From contig CM106586.1 in NCBI GenBank assembly GCA_048013815.1, positions 13,144,001-13,208,000 on the forward strand: 64,000 nt of DNA, read 5' to 3'. Made by a program: the position numbers and the translations under genes. This document shows positions 49,481 to 63,093 of the stretch, piece after piece (position 1 is the first letter of the stretch; each line of letters begins with the position of its first letter). The notes beneath the pieces are model-generated. The model ran no database searches. It saw only the letters and a list, made by a program, of their open reading frames with translations, and was not told the origin of the DNA. This DNA is from Setoptus koraiensis. Taxonomy: Eukaryota; Animalia; Arthropoda.

Positions 49481-50272
49481 CTGTATCGGATATTCAGTAG
49501 AAATAAAAACAAAATTCGTAAATCTTCGATATTTGTGGGATACAATCCGAATCTTTTTTCCGCGTGTTGACGCTAATGTTTGAAACAAAGATGCAGGTGT
49601 AAATTGTTAGACAGCAGAAGTGTTAAGCTTCTCCGCGCCTCCTTGTTGGTTAATAATTGATCGATATATATAGGGCGACATATTACCGACAGATATAACT
49701 GAGATAGACAAATGTTCGGAGGTGCGAGCGGGATGTGTGCATGTCAAACAGAAAGTCGCCAAAAGAGGACAACCTTGATTATTTTCACCACGTGATACAA
49801 TGAACAGAGGCAACCATTCGTATAATTTGATATTAATAATCATGATGTAATCTTATTTCCTGGCCCCCGCTAGCCATAGAGCATATGGTGTTGGGTTGCG
49901 CCCGGAAATGCGTGTCTTATCTACGGTGTAATAGGATATACACACAGTATATAAAAAGAGTGAAAGAGATTGGATTTTGTCAAGTTGATAGATTTAGCTT
50001 ATTATATAGGATAGTGCAATTGCGATTTCTGGAAAAATATGAGCCTTCAGAAGCTAGTGGCTTATCGATGGGGCCCGATTGGCAGGGAGCGCAAGCTCAA
50101 AGTTGATAAGTAGATGTGCCCGTCAAATGTACGTATCTTTTCATTTTACTCGCATCATTGTATCGCATTGTAGAGAGTGTGTAACCCAATAGAGCATTGT
50201 TGTTTAGTGGTGGTTTTAGAGGGACGAGCACTGAAGAAGCTAGCTAGCGAAGATATGTCCAATGAATGAAAA

Positions 50273-50290
50273 AGAGAGAGAGAGAGAGAG
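50273..50290 (+). repeat. (AG)9 GAGA tract
   Basis: Directly visible, within a purine-rich stretch at the edge of the housekeeping block. Confidence 0.85.
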
Positions 50291-53211
50291 GATAAGAGGA
50301 TCAGGGGCGGAGGATAAGAGGGATGAGATAGAAGGAGGCTTGTTTATTGTCTATTTCGGAGACAGGCTATAGAAATAGTTCGAAATGGCGAGCTGGAGAT
50401 AAATTGAGCGCAACAAATGCGATTATCAAATATTTCGCGTGACATCGCCATTACTTGATTTGCTTTGCTCAATTGTAATGGCATCGGCACTTGCACCTAG
50501 CTTTATTATAGTCAAGGCTACGAAAAAAAAAAAACAAAATTAACAACTAGAGCTAGCTAGAGCACGCCAGCTAGACAGTGAGGTAGCTAGACAAAAGTCA
50601 ACTACTAGGTGACTTGATATGATAAATAATGATGATAATCTTGATGTATGTGTGTTATATGTATTGTATATAAAAGTTTTTTTTTCTTTTTCATGGCTGG
50701 TGCATCACAGTAGAAAATAGTTTAGCATATGTGGACGCTCTTTATCTCGCTCTCTTATCGCCTCTTTCTCTAGTTTTAGCTTATCAAAATCTGAAACTTT
50801 TAAAAGTACACCCATAGAGAGGTTGTCAACTAACGTCATGTAGTCACTTACTGTCTTCCATGTTGTCGTTGTCGTTGCCGCTGTCATTATATTGTTGTTT
50901 GGGAATGTGACTACTAATAATAACCCTAGTGAGACACAAACGTACACACTCGACTAAACAAGAGAGCATAGCAGACTTTTCGTCCAACCATCTATTTTAA
51001 CATTGTTTAAACTTTGGATAGACGGTTGCACAAAAACAACTATCCGCAACTATCAGAGTTTTAGCTGTAGCTGATAGTTGGCAACTAGAATCCGGCCTCT
51101 CAGCTTGTTTGCTCGCTACCTAGTGTCCTATTATTATCCAGGAAAAAATGGTTTTAATTTTACTGTAAAATTTGAAATTTTTGGTAAACTTTTTTATGTT
51201 GGTCTACTTCAAGTCGTAATGGTACCAATTGTGGCACAACCACGATAACGGTGACTTACTACGGCAGCGATTAATTCATGACACTTTCCGGCTTGCACCA
51301 GCTTGCATTAGCGCTCGAGTAACGTTATGGTCGCGTCACTATCATCGTGTTACCATCATTGCGTAACTATTGCTCGTTGTCAGCCGTGATGTTGTTGATG
51401 CTTTTGCATCATGTTGCTACGTTGGAATTGTTGTAAAAATATACACCAAAACAGTCGACAAGTGCACTTGACTAGATACACTGGCACATGAGCAAAAGAG
51501 CGACGTGGTGGCACATGACGGGCATTCGTAAGTAGCAATTATCACATTGGCATGAATGAACTCATCTCTGTCTACATATGGTTGGCTTGACATCTACCAT
51601 TGTCATCATTACAAGTGGTCAGGTGAAGTTCACTGGTCAGGTGTGTTGGTGTGTTGGTGTGTGGGTGTGTAGTGCGCGAATGAATGACCAAATTAAATGT
51701 GCACGAACAACTTGTGAACCCTAGGTAATCTATTTTATGCTAAAGATGATGCAAACTGCGATAAATAAATGATGACATCAAGTGAGTGCGAGATGCTGCA
51801 TAATGCGTGCGCGTTGAATATGCAAGCATCATTTAAGTAGAGTCAAAATATAACAATGACACGTCTTGACAAGAGCATCTTGATAAGGGCGCTGCATACT
51901 AATTGCGATGGCAACGTTATTTTTTGCTGCTGTTGCTGTTGCTTTGAATATCTTGATGGCGCGCTTATCTTGAGATGGCGCGCATATAAGAAGTTATCGG
52001 GGCGCGCTTGTTAAGAGACGCCGAGATAGAGATAACGATCGTTTGTGTGTATCATTTATATATGTGTTGGTTGTATTTGATATCAACATGGCGCCAGTCT
52101 CTTGACCGATAGGCCGGCGTAGATGCGGTCCGACTGAGCGCCGATCCCTGCTCTGCGAGACAGCAAAAGGACAGAGAGCGAGACACAGAGCCGAATAGAG
52201 GTAGCCCATTGTTAACTCAATCAAGGTGTCAAGTGAGATGGTGCCACCCGCTTACGGACGGAAATGGGTATTTGGCCGGGCCGGGCGGAGGGTGCAATAA
52301 GTGCATTAGTTGCAAGTTGCAACAGTGGCGGCGGCGGCGGCTCGGGGAATCTCATTTTTATCTAGCGAGTGTCACTACACATGCTCATAACGCACCACTG
52401 TTGTAGCTGGCTGCTGCTGCACTGTTGTGCTTACGTAATACGTACGTACGGCGCGCCGATAGTAAGTAATAGCGGTCTCATCTCAGTTCATCTATTGCAT
52501 CGTTTTAGTTGCACTAGTCGCGTTGCTCAACTCGTCGCGCTGTCTCGGCAAGACGCGAACGGACGACGTTGAAGAAATGTCTCTCATTTAGTTATCTGAC
52601 GTTGACGTACAAACAACGCGCAAACACACACACACGCACAAACACAAACATCGAGCCACAAAGACAGTAGAATGCAGTTGCAGCAAGACGGCAAACACTA
52701 ATAATAATACAAACAACAACAACAACAACAACGAAAAACCAATAGCAACCCGACCAACAGCAAGCCGCAAACAGCAAGCGACAGCCACCATTTTAATCAG
52801 CGAGAAAGGCAAACATGGCGAGCTTGCAAATTTTTGCTGCAAGCGCCCATATAGCACAACGGCCATTGTAGAGTGGCGATGATTTTGGACGAGTCACTGT
52901 CAGAGTCGCCCTGACCGGCGCCTATCTCACCACTGTCAGTGTGCGTGTGCAGAATCAAAACAATGAAACCAATGAAACCAACGACAACGACAACAACATC
53001 GACAGCAACAGCAACAACAACGACAGCAACAGCAACAACAACAACAACGACCACGAGCAACAGTAATAATATTAGAGTAGCGGTAAATACAGCCAGTAGC
53101 ATTGAATAGTAGTTGTAGCTTATCCCGGCCACCGCAGCACAAGCACGCCAACAAGCACGCCAACAACCACAACAGCCACCACGACAACAACAACAATCAC
53201 ACGAGCAGCCT

Positions 53212-55640
53212 ATGCAGATCGCAAGCCCGCTGCACAGCGACACCACTGACAGTTGCCTGACACCGGCGGGCCCCGATGGCGCGCACGCCGGCCAGTTGGA
53301 GCCCGTGCAGCATGCTGGCCGAACCGCGCCGGGCCGAGCGGCGGCGCCGGACCGAGCGGCAGCGGGCCGGGCAGCAGTGATTAGCAAGGCGACACCATTT
53401 ATTGAAATCGTCGTATCATTTATCGCGGCCACGCAAGCCACGCTGGCCACCAGAATCACACGTGCCCTCGGGGGCCCCCTTTCGGGCGCTGTCGGCGTTG
53501 CAAACAAACGATGCCCGGCGCTAATTGTTTATTTGCTGCTACTGCTCATCACAATCAACAGCCCGGTGGCGGCGCCGCCCGCCAACTCAACTTACACGGG
53601 CACTGGGGGGCGCTGTTCGTTCAACGGGCGCCTCGACTGGGCCTATTCGCTGCGAAAGGTTGTGCCCATGCTCGACCGGGCCATACCCGTTCAAAACAGC
53701 TCAATTCACCTAGACAATGTCGCCAGAAATACTCACCTGGGCAGCCAGCGCCAAGCGATGGGTGGCGAGCCAGCGCCAACGAGCCTATTCTGGTATCCGT
53801 TCGAGACGATATGCGGCTGGCACAACTCGTTGCCAGACTGGCTGGCGGCGCCCGCCTCACCCGCGCAGGAGGCCCCGCATCAGCAGCAGCCGGCCCAGCC
53901 CCAGCCCCAGCAGCACCAGACCACAACCAAAGCGAGCCAGGCCAACCAGCAGCAGCGCGACAAGATGGACGCCTTTTGGGTGCTCGACTACAGGTTGCTG
54001 GGCGCCAACCGGGCCACTCTGGTGGCCTATTTCAAGAGCAAGCCGCCGCCCGCAAGTGGCAGCGCGGGCGCCGGAGGCGCATTCGGCACAAGCGGCTTCA
54101 CTTCCGGCGGCCAGCAGCAAACGTTGCGCACCGACGTGGAGGCCTCTCTATCCAGTCCCATATTTAGTCCCATTCCGTATTATCACAGCCAGGCCAGCAG
54201 CAAATATTACGGCGAATGTTACCTGCGATTCGACTATTATCTCTCAATGACCATGTCGGGCTTAGAGGTGCGCTTCATGCCCGTCGGTTTGCCCACCTAC
54301 CAAGTGCCCATTGGCCCGCCGCCGTCCGACGGCAACCGGAACAACAACAACAACAAGCCGCCGCAGCAGTCTTTCACGCGCAAACATTCGTCGCTTGCCA
54401 GCGCCATCCCGCCGCCCGCCGCACCAGCACCCAAGCCGCCCACAACAAGTGCCGAGGCGAGATGGTTCGCCCCGTTCGCCGGCCCGTCGCCGCTGTCTGT
54501 GGGCGCGCGCGGCCCGCCGCACCAGCAACTTTTTTCGTCGCAGCAACACTTGTCGCCGCTGTTGCAACCGGCGCCCACCAGCAGGCTGTTGCAACAGTCC
54601 GCGCCCGGCCCCAGGCGGCCAGGTTTGCTGCTGTGGCGCATGACCAGGAAGAGCTCGGGCAGGCCAGACCGGCCCCGGTGGCTGCCGAAGCGGGTCGATC
54701 TGCCCATGAACGCCAAAATGCCCTACACGCTCAAGATAAGCGCCACGCCCGGCTTCAGGGAGCCGGGTGCCTGGCACAAGTCGCAGGGCCAGGCAAGCTG
54801 GCAGGGCATCGCAATCACCAATCTGAGCCTGTCCGACGCCTGCTTCGGCCTGAACGTGCCCGCCGACGAGCCGCGCTACGATCCCGTGTCCTTCATGACT
54901 TCCGGCTGGCGCTCTGTCGCCGGCGACGTGCTGGCCGGCCGCCACGTCGACATGCAAAGCGCGCTCACGAGGCCTGTTTCCACAACAAACAACAACAATT
55001 ATTCCTTCATTGTCGACGGTAATTCAATTGAGGCCGACGCGCACTTTCTCACTCACCTGTCCGCCTTGCAAATAATGCCAAAGGTTGTGCCTAGCCAATT
55101 GATGGCCAACGGCTGGACGGGCCTCGACGACGAGCAGCAGCAAATCGGCGGCCTGGAGTCGCCGCTGGTGCCAGCAATTGATCACATTTCAGCCCAATTG
55201 GGCAAATATCTGGTGCCCTTCTACAGCGTACAGCCAATTGTGATACCCCGGCCGGCGCGCAATGTCACCGTCGACAACAGCATCAGCAGCAGCAGCATCA
55301 ACAGCAGCTTCAACAACAGCACTACCACCACAAACAACCGCAATGCCAGCAGCAGCGGCGGCCTCATTGAGGCCAGCGCCACCGCCAGCAAATCTAATTT
55401 GGCCCCACTAATGTTTTGGGCCTGGAACGGGCGCGATATTATCGCGGGCGACGCGCCGCCCGACGATGAGGCCACGCAAGCAAATGCAAGCATCCAGCCA
55501 GCAAGCAATACAAGCGCACCAAACACCATCAACGTAGCGCCAACCGACAATATCCGGCCGCAGCGACTCAACGCTCGGGCCGGCGCCGCTAATAGTTTCA
55601 AGTTGCACAAATGGACCGTGCCAAAGACGGGCACCTACAC
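53212..55640 (+). CDS. ALK: First coding exon of an ALK/LTK-family receptor tyrosine kinase (signal segment, one MAM domain, start of the TNF-like/Gly-rich region); the gene continues beyond the window
   Basis: Hydrophobic IVYLLLLLITINSPVAA. MAM elements FETICGW, LSSPIF...CYLRFDYY, LLWRM, WLPKRVDLP and IAITNLSLSDACFG. It ends WTVPKTGTY, as in ALK W-x-VP-x-x-G-x-Y, at a consensus donor AC|GTAAGT. The kinase domain is not in the window, so the assignment rests on the ectodomain only. Confidence 0.75.
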
Positions 55641-56466
55641 GTAAGTTGCTCTTGTTGTGGCCCATTTATCATCCATTTATTATCCCCCCCCGCCCGCTCA
55701 CTGTGCACGCCTCATCTCGTCACTATCTCGCGTGCCTCTCCTGCCTTATCTGCCCCGATCCGGCTCACCTGGCCATTCCGGCCAGTCGGGCCGAGCCAGC
55801 CGCCCAAGCCAATTCGGCCAATTCGGCCAAATCGGCCAATCTGGCCGATCTGGCCCCAATCTGGCCCCAATCTGACACGGTCGCCAGGGGGCCCGGTAAT
55901 TATTACTGGACGGCTGCTGGCCGTAACAATTACGCGGGCGTCACGCAGGCCGGCGGCAACTGGCCCGCCGATTCGTTTTGGCTGGACCGTTTTGGCCGGC
56001 TTGTTTTGGCCGGACCGTCGCTCGACCAGCGTTGCTCGGCTACCGCGCTAGCAGGCAGAGCCGTTCGAGTTGGTGCCTCTCGAGTTGGCGCGACAAGTTT
56101 CGCGAGCCGCTCGTTTTCAGTGGGCGTCATTTTCGTGATTTTGTCGCGCTCGCACTGACAAAATCATTGGTCACCGGTGACCAATCACGCGGACCCCAGA
56201 AGGGGCCACTTGTGCGGCTGTCACACGGTGCACTCACTGACACACTGGGTGCTGGCTCTTTTGTTTATAGAGAGCGTGATTAGCTAATATATTGTGTATA
56301 TTGCATGTGTACCGTTACAACGGGATAATGGCGGCCCAGAGGCCACTTGTCCATATGGCGCCCATTTACTTTTGTGCGGCCGTGCGCCATCCATCATGGT
56401 CGCGCGGGCGCCGTGTGCGAGTCGGCTGACCATCGAGTGGGCCCCGGCAAAATTGTCAGTCTGGCA

Positions 56467-56545
56467 CTGATATCCAGTCTGGATGATGCTGATATCCAGT
56501 CTTGATGAGGCTGATATCCAGTCTGGATAATGCCGCTGATGTCCA
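56467..56545 (+). repeat. ~22-nt tandem repeat (ctgatatccagtctggatgatg) x~3
   Basis: Directly visible. Confidence 0.85.
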
Positions 56546-59500
56546 GAGCGCTGGCCGTAGGTTGGTCTGGGCGCCGGGCGCCGGCAGTCCGATGTCCAGC
56601 GGGCGCTCGTTTTAGAGCGACTTCAATTTAATTACTGCGTGTTGTCGGCGTCAGCAATCGCGCCAACCAACAATTCGTGCAACCGGCCCCGTTCGCCCGA
56701 ACGGCCCGAACAGACCGAACGGCCCGGACAGCCCAAACGGGCCCAAACGGGCCCAAATGGCCCCAAATGGCCCCAACAGCCAGCCACTGCGGCGCCACAT
56801 GCCTGTGTTATTTAACACAAACCGTTGCATAACCGTTATAACGGTTAATATCGCGCGCGCATAAAGATGAATTGTCCCCATGGCACCATTATTGTTTGTG
56901 TGTCATCAAGTGAGCGCTTTCAGTTTGCCAGCTCCATTGAAAGGGCGCCCCAAATGGTGCTCGGCCGGCGACTTGCGCCATTTGCGACTCGCTAGGTGGC
57001 CGCTGGCTGGCTGGCTGGCACTTTTGTCTGGCTATTTGCTGCAACAACCATTTGCTGCAGCAACTGTTTGCCGCAAACTGGCCGCTGGCGCCCCAAGCGG
57101 CGCCCCAAACGGCGCCAGAGTGTGTGTGTGACTTGAATTGAATTGAATCACGTTAACGTAACGCGCGCCCGTCGGATGTGACTCCGCCGCCGCCGCCGCC
57201 GACGAGGCCCGCGTCACACAATGGGTCGCGCTCGCTATTGACCCGTTACATAATCAATGGGTTTGCTTGCCATTGATGGGCAGCGCGCGCATCATTTTTC
57301 ATTCATTCAATCGACATTGGGCCTGTAACGGGGGGCCCCGTGATCCGCCGCTAGCCCAGACAACAGACACAGCCAGTGGATGTGTCAATTATTCGCAATG
57401 TCTGACAATAGACACAAATAGCGGCGCACACACGAACACAATTGATGGACTCCGACACATTGTATACAATTTTTACTTTGGTGTATAGCCGCAATCGGTC
57501 GGGCCGGCCCGCACAGCCACGCAACAATGTGGCGGTGATAAAGGGCGGCCAACTGGCCACTGTGCCGCGCGCGCGGTCTGTCGGGCCCTCGCCGGAGCCA
57601 AGTGCCAAATGCGGCCACCGGCCCAAGCCGACAGCAACGGCAAGGTGGTGCAGTGTTGCGTAAACTGAACGCTGCCCGTATCGCGCTTTGCGGCGATCTG
57701 GGCCCGCCGGGCTGCCCAAATGGGCGCATCGCCGCGCCGCGATGCGCCACAAGGCCCGTTCTCGACAAGCGGAGCGATGAGATTCGCTCGGCAAGATCGG
57801 ACCGTGTCGGCCCACCGGTTCGGACTCGGCGGGCCGCTAACGAGCGGCGGCCCGCTCAACGGGCCGCCAGCTGGGCCAGCTCGGCCAGCGAACACTGGCG
57901 AACGCCAGCCAACAGCCGCCAACAGCGACGCAATAGCGGCCGAAAATGAGCGACTTGACACCTTCGCATATCTCAAACGAGCGTTGCCTCTGTGGGCGCT
58001 CGCGGATTAACCTGGCCGAAAAGCCGAAAATTGCGACTCCATTGAGCGAGCTTTGAAATTGGCCTTGGCCGTCTGATTGGCGTTTTATTATCACAAAAGC
58101 TCAAGAGCCGTCAGATAAAGATGAAGCGGGCCAATCAGCGACTGTCAACACTTGTGACACTTTATATTTGGGCGCCCCCCTAATAAGCCCTGCATGTAAT
58201 ATTTTCGAGCTGAGCCGCCGTCGTGCCCGCTGACTGAGCCGCCGGAGCGCCCGTTGACCGAGACCCTGTTAGCGGATCCGATGGGGCCCAACGGCGAACA
58301 ACGGGGCGCGTGCTGCCATCATGATTAGGCGCGCTCATTGGCTTGATTGTGCGGACTGTGGCGCGCCGGACGCGCGATGACTCCCGACTGGCGATATAAT
58401 AAAAGTGCTCGTGTAACACTTGCAATATCCGAGCGAGCGCAGTGCCCGAGCTGGCGCAATATATGAGTGATATTGTGCTGCCAGCAGAGACCGGGCCCCG
58501 TCAGCAGAGCTCTGTTGACGGAGAGACCGACCCGTCAACGGCCACCGGGCCCCATTGATGGGGCCCGGCGTTCGCTATTGGCTCGCTTATGTTGTCATAA
58601 TCAATGTCGACGTGATTATTGATGTTGTTGTTGATGGCGGCGCGGCAACAACAGGCCAACAACAATAATAAGAGATCGTGCCAGTGTCCCCCCGCGTCGC
58701 ACTGCAAGCTGCGCTCGACCAGCCACTGAGCACTGCAAACTGGCCAGGCCGGCTCTAGCGAAGAAAAGTGGCCGACACAGGCAGAGCGCCCAATCAAGCG
58801 AACAATTGGCGCCCCAGACGCCGGGGCCCCACTCTGCTACATTGGCGTGTTTATATCCTCAAACATGTCCGCTCAAATGCACAGTCGCTTGTTTGTGAGC
58901 GCCAGACACGAGTCGCAATATAGCAGACGATGAGGCCAGATGATTGCTGTAGAATGGCAAAAGTTGGCAAGATCGGCGGGCCCCAAAGTAGCGAGATATT
59001 GGATATTGTTGGCCGCTCGCTGTCGGCTGTCGGCTGGCCGCTGCTGGTTGGCTGGGCCCGCCAGTCGCTGGGCCAGATATGCCGTCGGCCGAGAAGCCAA
59101 GCAAGTCGGCCTCTGATGATCGAATGGCGACCGGCTGACCGATGTCAATCGCCAGCCAGCCAGTCAGCCAGTGAGCCGGCCCGTCGAGCCCGGCGCGCAT
59201 ACCGACGCTGCAAAAGTGTAAGACGCGAGCGCTCGATCGCTCGCTCAGCCGCGCTCGCCACCAAGCATGAAATGCGCTTTTCCTGGGCCCCGTTTCCTCT
59301 CTCGTCGCTCTCATAGCTCTCGCCGTCTCGTCGCTCTCATAGCTCTCGCCGTCTCGTCGCTGTCGCCGTCTCGCGCTCGCTGTCCGTCCCTGTGGCTCCC
59401 CTCGAGCGAGCCGGATAAATTCGGCTAAGCTTAGCTGGCAACTAGACCGGTGATTACGCTCACATCGGCGCGAGTTATTTATCTCTCGCTCATTTTATTG

Positions 59501-59807
59501 CTCATCTCTCATATTTTGCTTACGCCCAAACCGCACCAACAACTGGCGCGGCTGCCGGCCCCAGCGGCCGCTCGCGCATTAGCGAGCGCGCGCAGCCCGT
59601 ACCCGCTGGCTGGCCGGCCGGCCGACCGGCTATTTTGAGCGTGCCTGTTGGCTCGGAAATATCCAAGAATATCAGCATGCCAGGCTGGCCAGTCGCTGTT
59701 ATGTGTCACTTTGGGCCCCCATACACTTGCGATTGGCGAGCACGCGACGAGCAGTGCGCACTTGCACGCTGTTTGGCCGAGTTTGCGACCGTTTGCGCGA
59801 GCTCGCC

Positions 59808-59847
59808 ACCGTGATACACTCACCGTGATACACTCACCGTGATACAG
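59808..59847 (+). repeat. 14-nt tandem repeat (caccgtgatacact) x~3
   Basis: Directly visible. Confidence 0.9.
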
Positions 59848-62800
59848 TGACTGTACGCGTCGGGCCCCGGCCCGCCGGGGCCCTTTCGCGGCAATCACAA
59901 TCAACGGTTCCCGGGAAAGGGTCGGCCCCGCTCGGGCTGGGCTCGTGCGCGGCGCTGCGCGCCGCGCCGGCCGGAAACGGCCAGCTCGGCGGCCGCCAGC
60001 GAAAGCGCTTGCTTAGGCCGAGCGGGCCGGGGCCGAGAATTGTTGCGAGCGCGTCGGCGGCGGAACTGGCCGCCAGGGCCAGCAGCCACTGGCGCGGCCC
60101 TAAAGACGAGGCCAGCGATTTAGCGAATGGATCTGAAGCGTGCACTCAAGGAAAAGGCTCGTTTTTATCGCGAGCGCACTTGCATTCTTGATAATGATTA
60201 CTGGGCACATGACTAACATGATGATGGCGCCTCATGTAGACGATGTTTATTTGTATCAATATTTCAGCGCGCAAGACGCGGGCCGCGGGCAGAGTCTGGA
60301 GTCGGCCCGCACGCACAAGTGCGTCTTGCGGGGCCCCTCGTCGGCGCGCTGCCAGCCGGATAATCCCTGGCTGCGGTGGCCGCTAGCCGGAGACAATGTC
60401 CTGGCGGCCGCGATTCCCGGCGGAGCTGCCGGGGGCCGGCCATTGTTTGTGCCCGTGTGTCTTGTTGCTCTAATCGCTGGCTGGCTAGATCAATCTCTGC
60501 GAGTTTGTGTAATGAGAAGTGCACCGACTGGCTGCCGGTCCCCAGTCGAGACGAGCTGTCTCTTTTGAGTGGTTCGAGTTTGTTGGGGCGCCCGGCAGGC
60601 TGTGCAGACGCGACCAGCTCGACAGACGCGACTAACTCGACAGCGCCGACAAACTCGACAGCGCCGACAGCCCGACAGCGCCGACAAACCCGACAAACCC
60701 GACAAACTCGACAAAAGAGATAGATGAGTTTGTATTGATTGCGTTGATTGTGAATGATCAATCTAGTCTTGTTTGCAGTTTTGTGTTCTCTCGCCACTGT
60801 CATCCACCATTGAACGGGCTGGCTGTTGGCGCATCGGCAAATCGGGCCACTTTTTGCCTCGGTGCAACTTGCCTCGGTGCGCAATGTGTATCTCGGCAGC
60901 GATTTGTGCCACATCTAATCTCGATTGGCTTCAATCAGCAGCCAATGGCGCGACTGGCGAGACGCGGCGCGACACGGCCCGACATGGCGAGGCACAGCGA
61001 GCCATGGCGAGACATAAATAGCGAGACGAGTGACGTCGGACAGCCGAGGCGAGCCGCTTGCTGACGTAAACCGGCGTAAACCGGCCCGGATAAACGCAAC
61101 TGTGAGCGGGCTCGCCTGCGCACAAATCCAGAGAGGTGCCGACTTGTAAACAGCGGCCCAGAGTGAGCGGCCCCCCGCCATTAGAATAAATGGGGCCGCC
61201 GCTTGCAAGTTGCTGGGCGCCCCATTGAAGTTTAAGCCAAGAAGCCAATCAAATCAATCGACGACAATTGTCGCTAATTGGCCCGGCCAATTTGCAATTA
61301 AGTGTGTGTGTGCTGCTGTTGCTGTTGCAAAACTAAACTAAAATAGATCTTGCCAGCTAACACTTGCAAATAGCCAGCCAATAAACTGGTGCAAATAATC
61401 CCCGCTTGTGCGGCCTTTTTTGGCCGCTCGTTACTACTACTGCGGTACGCTACTAGACTCTGTTAACTAGGCTGCCTGTTACGTAAGCTGGCAAGACCAT
61501 TAGGCCGGCCCGCCGGCCGGTCGGTCAGTCGCTTCGGTCGGCCGGTGGCTCGTGTGTCTCAACAAACAACAACTGGGCCCCCCAATTGACAATTTTGCGC
61601 AAGTCGCTCCAGCAACCATTAGCCTCGTTTGAGTGGCTGCCTGCCGTGCCCGACTCCAGCCAGATCCAATGACCAGTCCAATTACCGGCCGGCCCGGCCG
61701 CACGCTGGCTGTGTGCGGGCCAGCCAGCGTACACAAATTGCGTCATGATGGCGGCATCGATGGATGCAGTTGCCGTAACTGGCCGCCTCCCTCTAGTAAC
61801 TGGAGTCCGGTAACTAGAGTCCCGTTAAGCCATTGGGCCCCAATGATCGGGCCGACCAATGGCGCGCTCACAAGTTGTCAGAGTAAGGTTAGTCCGCGCA
61901 CAGTCGCTCAGTCGGTTGTTAGTTGGTTGTTTGTTGTTGTCGCGCCAGTCGGTTGGTTTGTTGTTGTCGCGCCAGTCGGTTGGTTTGCGGCCAAAGGATT
62001 TGGCGCTGACCGTTGGCCGGTTGTGTTGCGCAACATAACAGTTGGACAGTTAGTTTGGCCGAGGACAGTTGACCAAATTGAATTGCAAGTGGCTCACTAT
62101 TAGCCACTATTAGACGACGCCGGCCCGACTGTGTGCCGAATGAGAATTAGTGTCGGCGAAAGGTGCCGCCGCCGCCTACCCGTCGGGGCCCACACAGTCG
62201 TGCCCCCCAGAAAAGGGCGCTCGCACACGACGGGCACGCAGCCCAAAGGGCGAGCGGGCGCCCGAACGAGCAGCCAAACAAACGGCGATTGTCATTAGCT
62301 GGCCGGTCATGGGCTCCGGCCAGCACGCCGACGACGACGACGCCGACGACGCCGACGACGAGCATAAATGAGCGAGCGTGCTGTTGTTTGCAAATGATGC
62401 AACTTGCATCATTGGCCTCACGCGCGGCCCCAAATCCAAATCAATGCAAATGAAAGCCGATAGATGATTCGCATATCGCGCGGCCCGGCCGGTGGGCACT
62501 GATTGAAATGACACTTGCACGCTTGCCGCACGCCGTCATGCAGTTCCTAATGGGGCCCATTCGCATGCGGGCCGGCGCGCGCGCCACTGCCAATGCTGCC
62601 AAATCTGCAAATTTGTCTGCTTCGGATATCCGTTCGGCTCGGTCCGTCGGCGGCCGTTCGCTGCCCGACCGAACAAACAAGCCCGCTCTGCTGGGCAAGA
62701 TATTGGGCTGATTTATGGTTGATTATCCGCCGTGCCGCCGCCGCCAATAACTGCGGCCCGTCGGTCGGTTCGGCTCGAGCCGCTGGCGAGTCGCGTGCGC

Positions 62801-63093
62801 TCATATGTCGGCCGTCGCGAATCGAGTTTGTTTGTCGCCAGTGCGGGCCAGTGACGGAAACGACGCCATTGACGGCAATGGGCTATTAGCCGGCAGTGGC
62901 AGTAATGTTAAAAAATTGTCATTACTCGCGCAGTTGGCCCCGCTACTAACAAGTTGTTGGCGCGACCATTCCGGCCGTCCGCCAACGACCGAGATCCGCC
63001 AACGGCCGCCGACTGTCCGATGCGCGCAATCAGTGAGCCCAAAAACAGCGGCCAGCCCAGGCCGATCGGGCCCCAAACTAGGCCACACTAATA

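Noticed and set aside
52483-52488. Initiator-like TCAGTT as the ALK TSS
   Set aside because: A hexamer match alone, with the DPE-like AGTCG off the required spacing.
54181-54192. 12-nt identity to the 5' end of miR-2 (TATCACAGCCAG)
   Set aside because: It lies in the ALK coding frame (YHSQ), the 3' half does not match, and there is no complementary arm.
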